A DNA stretch of 64,000 nt from Eledone cirrhosa (taxonomy: Eukaryota). Location: contig OZ024740.1 of the NCBI GenBank assembly GCA_964016885.1, positions 30,070,001 to 30,134,000 on the forward strand. Direction: 5' to 3'. The notes under the pieces are model-generated. The model was not told the DNA's origin, searched no databases, and was given only the letters and a program-made list of their open reading frames with translations. Both the position numbers and the translations under genes were made by a program. Shown in pieces: positions 1-14,100 of this stretch (its first letter is position 1; the number at the start of each line of letters is the position of its first letter).

Positions 1-3000
1 GGTGTTGTATATATAGTATTGTAGGTGTTATATATATAGTATTGTAGATGTTGTATATATAGTAAGGTAGGTGTTGTATATATAGTATTGTAGGTGTTGT
101 ATATATAGTAATGTAGGTGTTGTATATATAGAATTGTAGGTGTTGTATATATATAGTAATGTAGGTGGTGTATATATAGTATTGTAGTTGTTGTATATAT
201 AGTATTGTAGGTGTTGTATATATAGTATTGTAGGTGTTGTATATTTAGTACTGTAGGTGTTGTATATATAGTATTGTAGATGTTGTATATATAGTATTGT
301 AGGTGTTGTATATATAGTATTGTAGGTGTTGTATATATAGTATTGCAGGTTTTGTATATATAGTACTGTAGGTGTTGTATATGTAGTATTTAGGTGTTGT
401 ATATATAGTATTGTAGGTGTTGTATATATAGTACTGTAGGTGTTATATATATAGTATTGTATATATAGTATTGTAGGTGTTGTATATATAGTACTGTAGG
501 TGTTGTATATGTAGTATTTAGGTGTTGTATATATAGTATTGTAGGTGTTGTATATATAGTATTGTAGGTGTTGTATATATAGTATTGTAGATGTTGTATA
601 TATAGTATTGTATGTGTTGTATATATAGTAATGTAGGTGTTGTATATATAGTAATGTAGGTGTTGTATATATAGTATTGTAGGTGTTGTATATATAGTAT
701 TGTAGGTGTTGTATATATAGTATTGTAGGTATTGTATATATAGTACTGTAGGTGTTGTATATATAGTATTGTAGGTGTTGTATATATAGTATTGTAGATG
801 TTATATATATAGTACTGTAGGTGTTATATATATAGTATTGTAGATGTTGTATATATAGTAAGGTAGGTGTTGTATATATAGTATTGTAGGTGTTGTATAT
901 ATAGTATTGTAGGTGTTGTATATATAGTATTGTAGGTGTTGTATATATAGTATTGTACGTGTTGTATATATAGTATTGTACGTGTTGTATATATAGTATT
1001 GTAGGTGTTGTATATATAGTATTGTAGGTGTTGTATATATAGTAATGTAGGCGTTGTATATATAGAATTGTAGGTGTTGTATATATATAGTAATGTAGGT
1101 GTTGTATATATATAGTAATGTAGGTGTTGTATATAGTATTGTAGATGTTGTATATATAGTATTGTAGGTGTTGTATATATCGTAATGTAGGTGTTGTATA
1201 TATAGAATTGTAGGTGTTGTATATATATAGTAATGTAGGTGTTGTATATATAGTAATGTAGGTGTTGTATATATATAGTAATGTAGCTGTTGTATATATA
1301 TAGTAATGTAGGTGTTGTATATATATATAGTAATGTAGGTGTTGTATATATAGTAATGTAGGTGTTGTATATATAGTAATGTAGGTGTTGTATATATAGT
1401 AATGTAGGTGTTATATAAATAGTAATGTAGGTGTTGTATATATAGTAATGTAGGTATTATATATAGTATTGTAGGTGTGGTATATATAGTAATGTAGGTA
1501 ATATATATATATATATATATCATATTGTAGGTGTTGTATATATAGTATTGTAGATGTTGTATATATAGTATTGTAGATGTTGTATATATAGTATTGTAGA
1601 TGTTGTATATATAGTATTGTAGGTGTTGTATATATAGTAATGTAGGTGTTGTATATATAGTAATGTAGGTGTTGTATATATAGTATTGTAGGTGTTGTAT
1701 ATATAGTAATGTAGGTGTTGTATATATATAGTAATGTAGGTGTTGTATATATAGTAATGTAGGTGTTATATATATAGTAATGTAGGTGTTGTATATATAG
1801 TCTTGTAGGTGTTGTATATATAGTATTGTAGGTGTTGTATATAGAGTAATGTAGGTGTTGTATATATAGTAATGTAGGTGTTATATATAGTAATGTAGGT
1901 GTGGTATATATAGTAATGTAGGTGATATATATATATATATATCATATTGTAGGTGTTGTATATATAGTATTGTAGATGTTGTATATATAGCATTGTAGGT
2001 GTTGTATATATGATATTGTAGATATTGTATATATAGTATTGTAGGTGTTTATATAGTACTCTAGGTGTTGTATATATAGTAATGTAGGTGTTGTGTATAT
2101 AGTAATGTAGGTATTATATATAGTATGTAGGTGTGGTATATATAGTAATGTAGGTAATATATATATATATATATCATATTGTAGGTGTTGTATATATAGT
2201 ATTGTAGATGTTGTATATATAGCATTGTAGGTGCTGTATATATGATATTGTAGATATTGTATATATAGTATTGTAGGTGTTGTTTATATAGTACTCTAGG
2301 TGTTGTATATATAGTAATGTAGGTGTTGTATATATAGTATTGTAGGTGTTGTATATATAGTATTGTAGGTGTTATATATATAGTATTGTAGGTGTTATAT
2401 ATATAGTAATGTAGGTGTTGTATATATAGTATTGTAGGTGTTGTATATATAGTATTGTAGGTGTTGTATATATAGTATTGTAGGTGTTGTATATATAGTA
2501 TTGTAGGTGTTGTATATATAGTACTGTAGGTGTTGTATATATAGTACTGTAGGTGTTGTATATGTAGTATTTTAGGTGTTGTATATATAGTCAGGTAGGC
2601 GTTGTATATATAGTATTGTAGGTGTTGTATATATAGTATTGTAGGTGTTGTATATATAGTATTGTAGGTGTTGTATATATAGTATTGTGGGTGTTGTATA
2701 TATAGTATTGTAGGTGTTGTATATATAGTATTGTGGGTGTTGTATATATAGTATTGTAGGTGTTGTATATATAGTATTGTGGGTGTTGTATATATAGTAT
2801 TGTGGGTGTTGTATATATAGTATTGTAGGTGTTGTATATATAGTAATGTAGGTGTTGTATATATAGTATCGTAGGTGTTGTATATATAGTATCGTAGGTG
2901 TTGTATATATAGTATTGTAGATGTTGTATATATAGTATTGTAGATGTTGTATATATAGTATTGTAGGTGTTGTATATATATAGTAATGTAGGTGTTGTAT

Positions 3001-5149
3001 ATATATAGTAATGTAGGTGTTGTATATATAGTATTGTAGGTGTTGTATATATAGTATTGTAGGTGTTGTATATATAGTATTGTAGATGTTGTATATATAG
3101 TATTGTAGATGTTGTATATATAGTATTGTAGATGTTGTATATATAGTATTGTAGGTGTTGTATATATATAGTAATGTAGGTGTTGTATATATAGTATTGT
3201 AGGTGTTGTATATATATAGTAATGTAGGTGTTGTATATATAGTACTGTAGGTGTTGTATATATAGTATTGTAGATGTTGTATATATAGTATTGTAGGTGT
3301 TGTATATATATAGTAATGTAGGTGTTGTATATATAGTACTGTAGGTGTTGTATATATAGTAATGTAGGTGTTGTATATATAGTATTGTAGGTGTTGTATA
3401 TATAGTAAGTTGGGCGTTATATATATAGTATTGTAGGTGTTGTATATATATAGTAATGTAGCTGTTGTATATATATAGTATTGTAGGTGTTATATATATA
3501 GTTTTGTACGTGTTGTATATATAGTATTGTAGGTGTTATATATAGTAATGTAGGTGTCGTATATATATAGTATTGTAGGTGTTATATATAGTAATGTAGG
3601 TGTTGTATATATAGTAATGTAGGTGTTGTATATATAGTACTGTAGGTGTTGTATATATAGTACTGTAGGTGTTGTATATATAGTACTGTAGGTGTTGTAT
3701 ATATAGTACTGTAGGTGTTGTATATATAGTACTGTAGGTGTTGTATATATAGTACTGTAGGTGTGGTATATATAGTACTGTAGGTGTTGTATATATAGTA
3801 TTGTAGGTGTTGTATAAATAGTATTGTAGGTGTTGTATATATAGTACTGTAGATGTTGTATATATAGTATTGTAGGTGTTATATATATAGTATTGTAGCT
3901 GTTATATATATAGCATTGTAGGTGTTGTATAAATAGTATTGTAGGTGTTATATATATAGTACTGTAGGTGTTATATATATAGTACTGTAGGTGTTATATA
4001 TATAGTACTGTAGGTGTTATATATATAGTACTGTAGGTGTTGTATATATAGTACTGTAGGTGTTGTATATATAGTACTGTAGGTGTTGTATATATAGTAC
4101 TGTAGGTGTTGTATATATAGTATTGTAGGTGTTGTATATATAGTACTGTAGATGTTGTATATATAGTATTGTAGATGTTGTATATATAGTAAGGTAGGCG
4201 TTATATATATATATAGTAGTGTAGGTGTTGTATATATAGTATTGTAGGTGTTATATATATAGTATCGTAGGTGTTGTATATATAGTATTGTAGGTGTTGT
4301 ATATATATAGTAATGTAGGTGTTGTATATATATAGTAATGTAGGTGTTGCATATATATAGTAATGTAGGTGTTGTATATATATAGTAATGTAGGTGTTGT
4401 ATATATATAGTAATGTAGGTGTTGTATATATATATAGTAATGTAGGTGTTGTATATATATAGTAATGTAGGTGTTGTATATATATAGTAATGTAGGTGTT
4501 GTATATATATAGTAATGTAGGTGTTGTATATATAGTAATGTAGGTGTTGTATATATAGTAATGTAGGTGTTGTATATATAGTAATGTAGGTGTTGTATAA
4601 ATAGTAATGTAGGTGTTATATAAATAGTAATGTAGGTGTTGTATATATAGTAATGTAGGTGTTATATATAGTATTGTAGGTGTGGTATATATAGTAATGT
4701 AGGTGATATATATATATATATATAGTATTGTAGGTGTTGTATATATAGTTTTGTAGATGTTGTATATATAGTATTGTAGGTGTTGTATATATAGTAATGT
4801 AGGTGTTGTATATATAGTAATGTAGGTGTTGTATATATAGTAATGTAGGTGTTGTATATATAGTATTGTAAGTGTTGTATATATAGTAAGTTGGGCGTTA
4901 TATATATAGTATTGTAGGTGTTGTATATATAGTAATGTAGGTGTTATATATATAGTATTGTAGGTGTTGTATATATAGTATTGTAGGTCTTATATATAGT
5001 AATGTAGGTGTTGTATATATAGTAATGAATATGTTGTATATATAGTATTGTAGGTGTTGTATATATAGTAATGTAGGTGTTGTATATATAGTAATGTAGG
5101 TGTTATATATATAGTATTGTAGGTGTTGTATATATAGTAATGTAGGCGT

Positions 5150-8100
5150 TGTATATATAGTATTGTAGGTGTTGTATATATAGTATTGTAGGTGTTGTAT
5201 ATATAGTATTGTAGGTGTTGTATATATAGTATTGTAGGTGTTGTATATATAGTATTGTAGGTGTTGTATATATATATAGAATTGTATGTGTTGTATATAT
5301 AGTATTGTAGGTGTTGTATATATAGTGTTGTGGCTGTTGTATATATAGTATTGTATGTGTTTATATATAGTATTGTAGATGTTGTATATATAGTACTGTA
5401 GGTGTTGTATATATAGTACTGTAAGTGTTGTATATATAGTATTGTAGGTGTTGTATATATAGTATTGTAAGTGCTGTATATATAGTACTGTAGGTGTTGT
5501 ATATATAGTATTGTAGGTGTTGTATATATAGTATTGTAGGTGTCGTATATATAGTATTGTAGATGTTGTATACATAGTATTGTAGATGTTGTATATATAG
5601 CATTGTAGGTGTTGTATATATGATATTGTAGATATTGTATATATAGTATTGTAGGTGTTGTTTATATAGTACTCTAGGTGTTGTATATATAGTAATGTAG
5701 GTGTTGTATATATAGTATTGTAGGTGTTGTATATATGATATTGCAGATATTGTATATATAGTATTGTAGGTGTTGTTTATATAGTATTCTAGGTGTTGTA
5801 TATATAGTAATGTAGGTGTTGTATATATAGTATTGTAGGTGTTGTATATATAGTATTGTAGGTGTTATATATATAGTATTGTAGGTGTTATATATATAGT
5901 AATGTAGGTGTTGTATATATAGTATTGTAGATGTTGTATATATAGTATTGTAAATGTTGTATATATAGTAAGGTAGGTGTTGTATATATAGTATTGTAGG
6001 TGTTATATATATAGTATTGTAGGTGTTGTATATATAGTACTGTAGGTGTTGTATATATAGTATTGTAGGTGTTGTATATATAGTATTGTAGGTGTTATAT
6101 ATATAGTATTGTAGGTGTTATATATATAGTAATGTAGGTGTTGTATATATAGTATTGTAGATGTTGTATATATAGTATTGTAAATGTTGTATATATAGTA
6201 AGGTAGGTGTTGTATATATAGTATTGTAGGTGTTATATATATAGTATTGTAGGTGTTGTATATATAGTATTGTAGGTGTTATATATATAGTATTGTAGGT
6301 GTTGTATATATAGTATTGTAGGTGTTGTATATATAGTATTGTAGGTGTTGTATATATAGTATTGTAGGTGTTGTATATATAGTATTGTAGGTGTTGTATA
6401 TATAGTATTGTAGGTGTTGTATATATAGTATTGTAGATGTTGTATATATAGTATTGTAGATGTTGTATATATAGTATTGTAGGTGTTGTATATATAGTAT
6501 TGTAGGTGTTGTATATATAGTACTGTAGGTGTTGTATATATAGTACTGTAGGTGTTGTATATATAGTATTGTAGGTGTTGTATATATAGTAATGTAGGTG
6601 TTGTATATATAGTATTGTAGGTGTTGTATATATAGTATTGTAGGTGTTGTATATATAGTATTGTAGGTGTTGTATATATAGTAAGGTAGGCTTTATATAT
6701 ATAGTACTGTAGGTGTTGGATATATAGTATTTTAGGTGTTGTATATATAGTAATGTAGGTGTTGTATATATAGTATTGTAGGTGTTGTATATATAGTATT
6801 GTAGGTGTTATATATATAGTATTGTAGGTGTTGTATATATAGTAAGGTAGGTGTTGTATATATAGTATTGTAGGTGTTATATATATAGTAAGGTAGGTGT
6901 TGTATATATAGTATTTTAGGTGTTGTATATATAGTATTGTAGGTGTTGTATATATAGTATTGCAGGTGTTGTATATATAGTATTGCAGGTGTCGTATATA
7001 TAGTACTGTAGGTGTTGTATATGTAGTATTTAGGTGTTGTATATATAGTATTGTAGGTGTTGTATATATAGTACTGTAGGTGTTGTATATATAGTACGGT
7101 AGGTGTTGGATATATAGTATTGTAGGTGTTGTATATATAGTACTGTAGGTGTTGTATATGTAGTATTTAGGTGTTGTATATATAGTATTGTAGGTGTTGT
7201 ATATATAGTATTGTAGGTGTTGTATATATAGTAATGTAGGTGTTGTATATATAGTATTGTAGGTGTTGTATATATATAGTATTGTAGGTGTTGTATATAT
7301 AGTATTGTAGGTGTTGTATATATAGTAATGTAGGCGTTGTATATATAGTATTGTTGGTGTTGTATATATAGTATTGTAGGTGTTGTATATATAGTATTGT
7401 AGGTGTTGTATATATAGTATTGTAGGTGTTGTATATATAGTATTGTAGGTGTTGTATATATAGTATTGTAGGTGTTGTATATATAGTATTGTAGGTGTTG
7501 TATATATAGTACTGTAGGTGTTGTATATATAGTACTGTAGGTGTTATATATAGTATTGTAGGTGTGGTATATATAGTAATGTAGGCGTTGTATATATAGT
7601 AATGTAGGTGTTGTATATATAGTACTGTAGGTGTTATATATAGTATTGTGGGTGTGGTATATATAGTAATGTAGGTGTTGTATATATAGTAATGTAGGCG
7701 TTGTATATATAGTTATGTAGGCGTTGTATATATAGTAATGTAGGCGTTGTATATATAGTATTGTAGGTGTTGTATATATAGTATTGTAGGTATTGTATAT
7801 ATATAGTATTGTACGTGTTGTATATATAGTAATGTAGCCGTTGTATATATAGTATTGTAGGTGTTGTATATATAGTACTATAGGCGTTGTATATATAGTA
7901 TTGTAGGTGTTGTATATATAGTATTGTAGTTGTTGTATTTATAGTACTGTAGGTGTTGTATATATAGTATTGTAGGTGTTGTATATATAGTAATGTAGTT
8001 ATTGTATATATAGTAATATAGGCCTTGTATATATAGTATTGTAGGTTTTGTATATATAGTATTGTAGGTGTGGTATATATAGTATTGTAGGTGTGGTATA

Positions 8101-11100
8101 TATAGTAATGTAGGTGTTGTATATATAGTAATGTAGGCGTTGTATATATAGTAATGTAGGTGTTGTATATATAGTATTGTATGTGTTGTATATATATAGT
8201 ATTGTAGGTGTTGTATATATATAGTATTGTAGGTGTTGTATATATAGTAATGTAGGCGTTGTATATATAGTAATGTAGGCGTTGTATATATATAGTAATG
8301 TAGGCGTTATATATATAGTATTCTAGGTGTTGTATATATAGTATTGTAGGTGTTGTATATATAGTAATGTAGGCGTTGTATATATATAGTAATGTAGGCG
8401 TTTTATATATAGTATTCTAGGTGTTGTATATATAGTATTGTAGGTGTTGTATATATAGTATTGTAGGTGTTGTATATATAGTACTGTAGGTGTTATATAT
8501 AGTATTGTAGGTGTTATATATATAGTAATATAGGCGTTGTATATATAGTATTGTAGGTGTTGTATATATATAGTATTGTAGTTGTTGTATATATAGTATT
8601 GTAGGTGTTGTATATATAGTATTGTAGGTGTTATATATATAGTATTGTAGGTGTTGTATATATAGTAATGTAGGTGTTGTATATATAGTATTGTAGGTGT
8701 TGTATATATAGTATTGTAGGTGTTGTATATATAGTATTGTAGGTGTTGTATATATAGTATTGTAGGTGTTGTATATATAGTATTGTAGGTGTTGTATATA
8801 TAGTAATGTAGGTGTTGTATATATAGTATTGTAGGTGCTTTATATATAGTACTGTAGGTGTTGTATATATAGTGTTGCATATATAGTAATGTAGGTGTTG
8901 TATATATAGTACTGTAGGTGTTGTATATATAGTACTGTAGGTGTTATATATAGTATTGTAGGTGTTGTATATAGTAATGTAGGCGTTGTATATATAGTAA
9001 TGTAGGCGTTGTATATATAGTAATGTAGGCGTTGTATATATTGTATTGTAGGTGTTGTATATATAGTATTGTAGGTGTTATATATAGTATTGTAGGTGTT
9101 GTATATATAGTACTGTAGGTGTTATATATAGTATTGTAGGTGTTGTATATAGTAATGTAGGCGTTGTATATATAGTAATGTAGGCGTTGTATATATAGTA
9201 ATGTAGGCGTTGTATATATAGAATTGTAGGTGTTGTATATATGGTATTGTAGGTGTTGTATATATAGTATTGTAGGTGTTATATATAGTATTGTAGGTGT
9301 TATATATAGTATTGTAGGTGTGGTATATATAGTAATGTAGGTGTTGTATATATAGTAACGTAGGCGTTGTATATATAGTATTGTTGGTGTTGTATATATA
9401 GTATTGTAGGTGTTGTATATATAGTATTGTAGGTGTTGTATATATAGTAATGTAGGCGTTGTATATATAGTAATGTAGGTGTTGTATATATATAGTATTG
9501 TAGGTGTTGTATATATAGTATTGTAGGTGTTGTATATATAGTAATGTAGGTGTTGTATATATAGTATTGTAGGTGTTGTATATATAGTATTGTAGGTGTT
9601 GTATATATAGTATTGTAGGTGTTGTATATATAGTATTGTAGGTGTTGTATATATAGTATTGTAGGTATTGTATATATAGTATTGTAGGTGTTGTATATAT
9701 AGTACTGTAGGTGTTGTATATATAGTACTGTAGGTGTTATATATAGTATTGTAGGTGTGGTATATATAGTAATGTAGGCGTTGTATATATAGTATTGTAG
9801 GTGTTGTATATATAGTAATGTAGGCGTTGTATATATATAGTATTGTAAGTGTTGTATATATAGTATCGTAGGTGTTATATATAGTATTGTAGGTGTGGTA
9901 TATATAGTAATGTAGGTGTGGTATATATAGTATTGTAGGTGTTGTATATATAGTAATGTAGGCGTTGTATATATAGTATTGTAGGTGTTGTATATATAGT
10001 ATTGTAGGTGTTGTATATATAGTATTGTAGGTGTTGTATATATAGTATTGTAGGTGTTGTATATATAGTATTGTAGGTGTTGTATATATATATAGAATTG
10101 TATGTGTTGTATATATAGTATTGTAGGTGTTGTATATATAGTGTTGTGGCTGTTGTATATATAGTATTGTATGTGTTTATATATAGTATTGTAGATGTTG
10201 TATATATAGTACTGTAGGTGTTGTATATATAGTACTGTAAGTGTTGTATATATAGTATTGTAGGTGTTGTATATATAGTATTGTAAATGCTGTATATATA
10301 GTACTGTAGGTGTTGTATATATAGTATTGTAGGTGTTGTATATATAGTATTGTAGGTGTCGTATATATAGTATTGTAGATGTTGTATACATAGTATTGTA
10401 GATGTTGTATATATAGCATTGTAGGTGTTGTATATATGATATTGTAGATATTGTATATATAGTATTGTAGGTGTTGTTTATATAGTACTCTAGGTGTTGT
10501 ATATATAGTAATGTAGGTGTTGTATATATAGTATTGTAGGTGTTGTATATATGATATTGCAGATATTGTATATATAGTATTGTAGGTGTTGTTTATATAG
10601 TATTCTAGGTGTTGTATATATAGTAATGTAGGTGTTGTATATATAGTATTGTAGGTGTTGTATATATAGTATTGTAGGTGTTATATATATAGTATTGTAG
10701 GTGTTATATATATAGTAATGTAGGTGTTGTATATATAGTATTGTAGATGTTGTATATATAGTATTGTAAATGTTGTATATATAGTAAGGTAGGTGTTGTA
10801 TATATAGTATTGTAGGTGTTATATATATAGTATTGTAGGTGTTATATATATAGTATTGTAGGTGTTGTATATATAGTACTGTAGGTGTTGTATATATAGT
10901 ATTGTAGGTGTTGTATATATAGTATTGTAGGTGTTATATATATAGTATTGTAGGTGTTATATATATAGTAATGTAGGTGTTGTATATATAGTATTGTAGA
11001 TGTTGTATATATAGTATTGTAAATGTTGTATATATAGTAAGGTAGGTGTTGTATATATAGTATTGTAAGTGTTATATATATAGTATTGTAGGTGTTGTAT

Positions 11101-14100
11101 ATATAGTATTGTAGGTGTTATATATATAGTATTGTAGGTGTTGTATATATAGTATTGTAGGTGTTGTATATATAGTATTGTAGGTGTTGTATATATAGTA
11201 TTGTAGGTGTTGTATATATAGTATTGTAGGTGTTGTATATATAGTATTGTAGGTGTTGTATATATAGTATTGTAGATGTTGTATATATAGTATTGTAGAT
11301 GTTGTATATATAGTATTGTAGGTGTTGTATATATAGTATTGTAGGTGTTGTATATATAGTACTGTAGGTGTTGTATATATAGTACTGTAGGTGTTGTATA
11401 TATAGTACTGTAGGTGTTGTATATATAGTATTGTAGGTGTTGTATATATAGTAATGTAGGTGTTGTATATATAGTATTGTAGGTGTTGTATATATAGTAT
11501 TGTAGGTGTTGTATATATAGTATTGTAGGTGTTGTATATATAGTAAGGTAGGCTTTATATATATAGTACTGTAGGTGTTGGATATATAGTATTTTAGGTG
11601 TTGTATATATAGTAATGTAGGTGTTGTATATATAGTATTGTAGGTGTTGTATATATAGTATTGTAGGTGTTGTATATATAGTATTGTAGGTGTTATATAT
11701 ATAGTATTGTAGGTGTTGTATATATAGTAAGGTAGGTGTTGTATATATAGTATTGTAGGTGTTATATATATAGTAAGGTAGGTGTTGTATATATAGTATT
11801 TTAGGTGTTGTATATATAGTATTGTAGGTGTTGTATATATAGTATTGCAGGTGTTGTATATATAGTATTGCAGGTGTCGTATATATAGTACTGTAGGTGT
11901 TGTATATGTAGTATTTAGGTGTTGTATATATAGTATTGTAGGTGTTGTATATATAGTACTGTAGGTGTTGTATATATAGTACGGTAGGTGTTGGATATAT
12001 AGTATTGTAGGTGTTGTATATATAGTACTGTAGGTGTTGTATATGTAGTATTTAGGTGTTGTATATATAGTATTGTAGGTGTTGTATATATAGTATTGTA
12101 GGTGTTGTATATATAGTAATGTAGGTGTTGTATATATAGTATTGTAGGTGTTGTATATATATAGTATTGTAGGTGTTGTATATATAGTATTGTAGGTGTT
12201 GTATATATAGTAATGTAGGCGTTGTATATATAGTATTGTAGGTGTTGTATATATAGTATTGTAGGTGTTGTATATATAGTATTGTAGGTGTTGTATATAT
12301 AGTATTGTAGGTGTTGTATATATAGTATTGTAGGTGTTGTATATATAGTATTGTAGGTGTTGTATATATAGTACTGTAGGTGTTGTATATATAGTACTGT
12401 AGGTGTTATATATAGTATTGTAGGTGTGGTATATATAGTAATGTAGGCGTTGTATATATAGTAATGTAGGTGTTGTATATATAGTACTGTAGGTGTTATA
12501 TATAGTATTGTAGGTGTTGTATATATAGTATTGTAGGTGTTGTATATATAGTATTGTAGGTGTTGTATATATAGTATTGTAGGTGTTGTATATATAGTAT
12601 TGTAGGTGTTGTATATATATATAGAATTGTATGTGTTGTATATATAGTATTGTAGGTGTTGTATATATAGTGTTGTGGCTGTTGTATATATAGTATTGTA
12701 TGTGTTTATATATAGTATTGTAGATGTTGTATATATAGTACTGTAGGTGTTGTATATATAGTACTGTAAGTGTTGTATATATAGTATTGTAGGTGTTGTA
12801 TATATAGTATTGTAAGTGCTGTATATATAGTACTGTAGGTGTTGTATATATAGTATTGTAGGTGTTGTATATATAGTATTGTAGGTGTCGTATATATAGT
12901 ATTGTAGATGTTGTATACATAGTATTGTAGATGTTGTATATATAGCATTGTAGGTGTTGTATATATGATATTGTAGATATTGTATATATAGTATTGTAGG
13001 TGTTGTTTATATAGTACTCTAGGTGTTGTATATATAGTAATGTAGGTGTTGTATATATAGTATTGTAGGTGTTGTATATATGATATTGCAGATATTGTAT
13101 ATATAGTATTGTAGGTGTTGTTTATATAGTATTCTAGGTGTTGTATATATAGTAATGTAGGTGTTGTATATATAGTATTGTAGGTGTTGTATATATAGTA
13201 TTGTAGGTGTTATATATATAGTATTGTAGGTGTTATATATATAGTAATGTAGGTGTTGTATATATAGTATTGTAGATGTTGTATATATAGTATTGTAAAT
13301 GTTGTATATATAGTAAGGTAGGTGTTGTATATATAGTATTGTAGGTGTTATATATATAGTATTGTAGGTGTTGTATATATAGTACTGTAGGTGTTGTATA
13401 TATAGTATTGTAGGTGTTGTATATATAGTATTGTAGGTGTTATATATATAGTATTGTAGGTGTTATATATATAGTAATGTAGGTGTTGTATATATAGTAT
13501 TGTAGATGTTGTATATATAGTATTGTAAATGTTGTATATATAGTAAGGTAGGTGTTGTATATATAGTATTGTAGGTGTTATATATATAGTATTGTAGGTG
13601 TTGTATATATAGTATTGTAGGTGTTATATATATAGTATTGTAGGTGTTGTATATATAGTATTGTAGGTGTTGTATATATAGTATTGTAGGTGTTGTATAT
13701 ATAGTATTGTAGGTGTTGTATATATAGTATTGTAGGTGTTGTATATATAGTATTGTAGGTGTTGTATATATAGTATTGTAGATGTTGTATATATAGTATT
13801 GTAGATGTTGTATATATAGTATTGTAGGTGTTGTATATATAGTATTGTAGGTGTTGTATATATAGTACTGTAGGTGTTGTATATATAGTACTGTAGGTGT
13901 TGTATATATAGTATTGTAGGTGTTGTATATATAGTAATGTAGGTGTTGTATATATAGTATTGTAGGTGTTGTATATATAGTATTGTAGGTGTTGTATATA
14001 TAGTATTGTAGGTGTTGTATATATAGTAAGGTAGGCTTTATATATATAGTACTGTAGGTGTTGGATATATAGTATTTTAGGTGTTGTATATATAGTAATG

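Noticed and set aside
7871-7882. Short palindromes (TATAGTACTATA, AGTACT sites), TATA-like boxes and G-quadruplex potential
   Set aside because: These are inevitable products of the monomer sequence. G-runs are mostly only GG and widely spaced, and nothing supports a promoter function.
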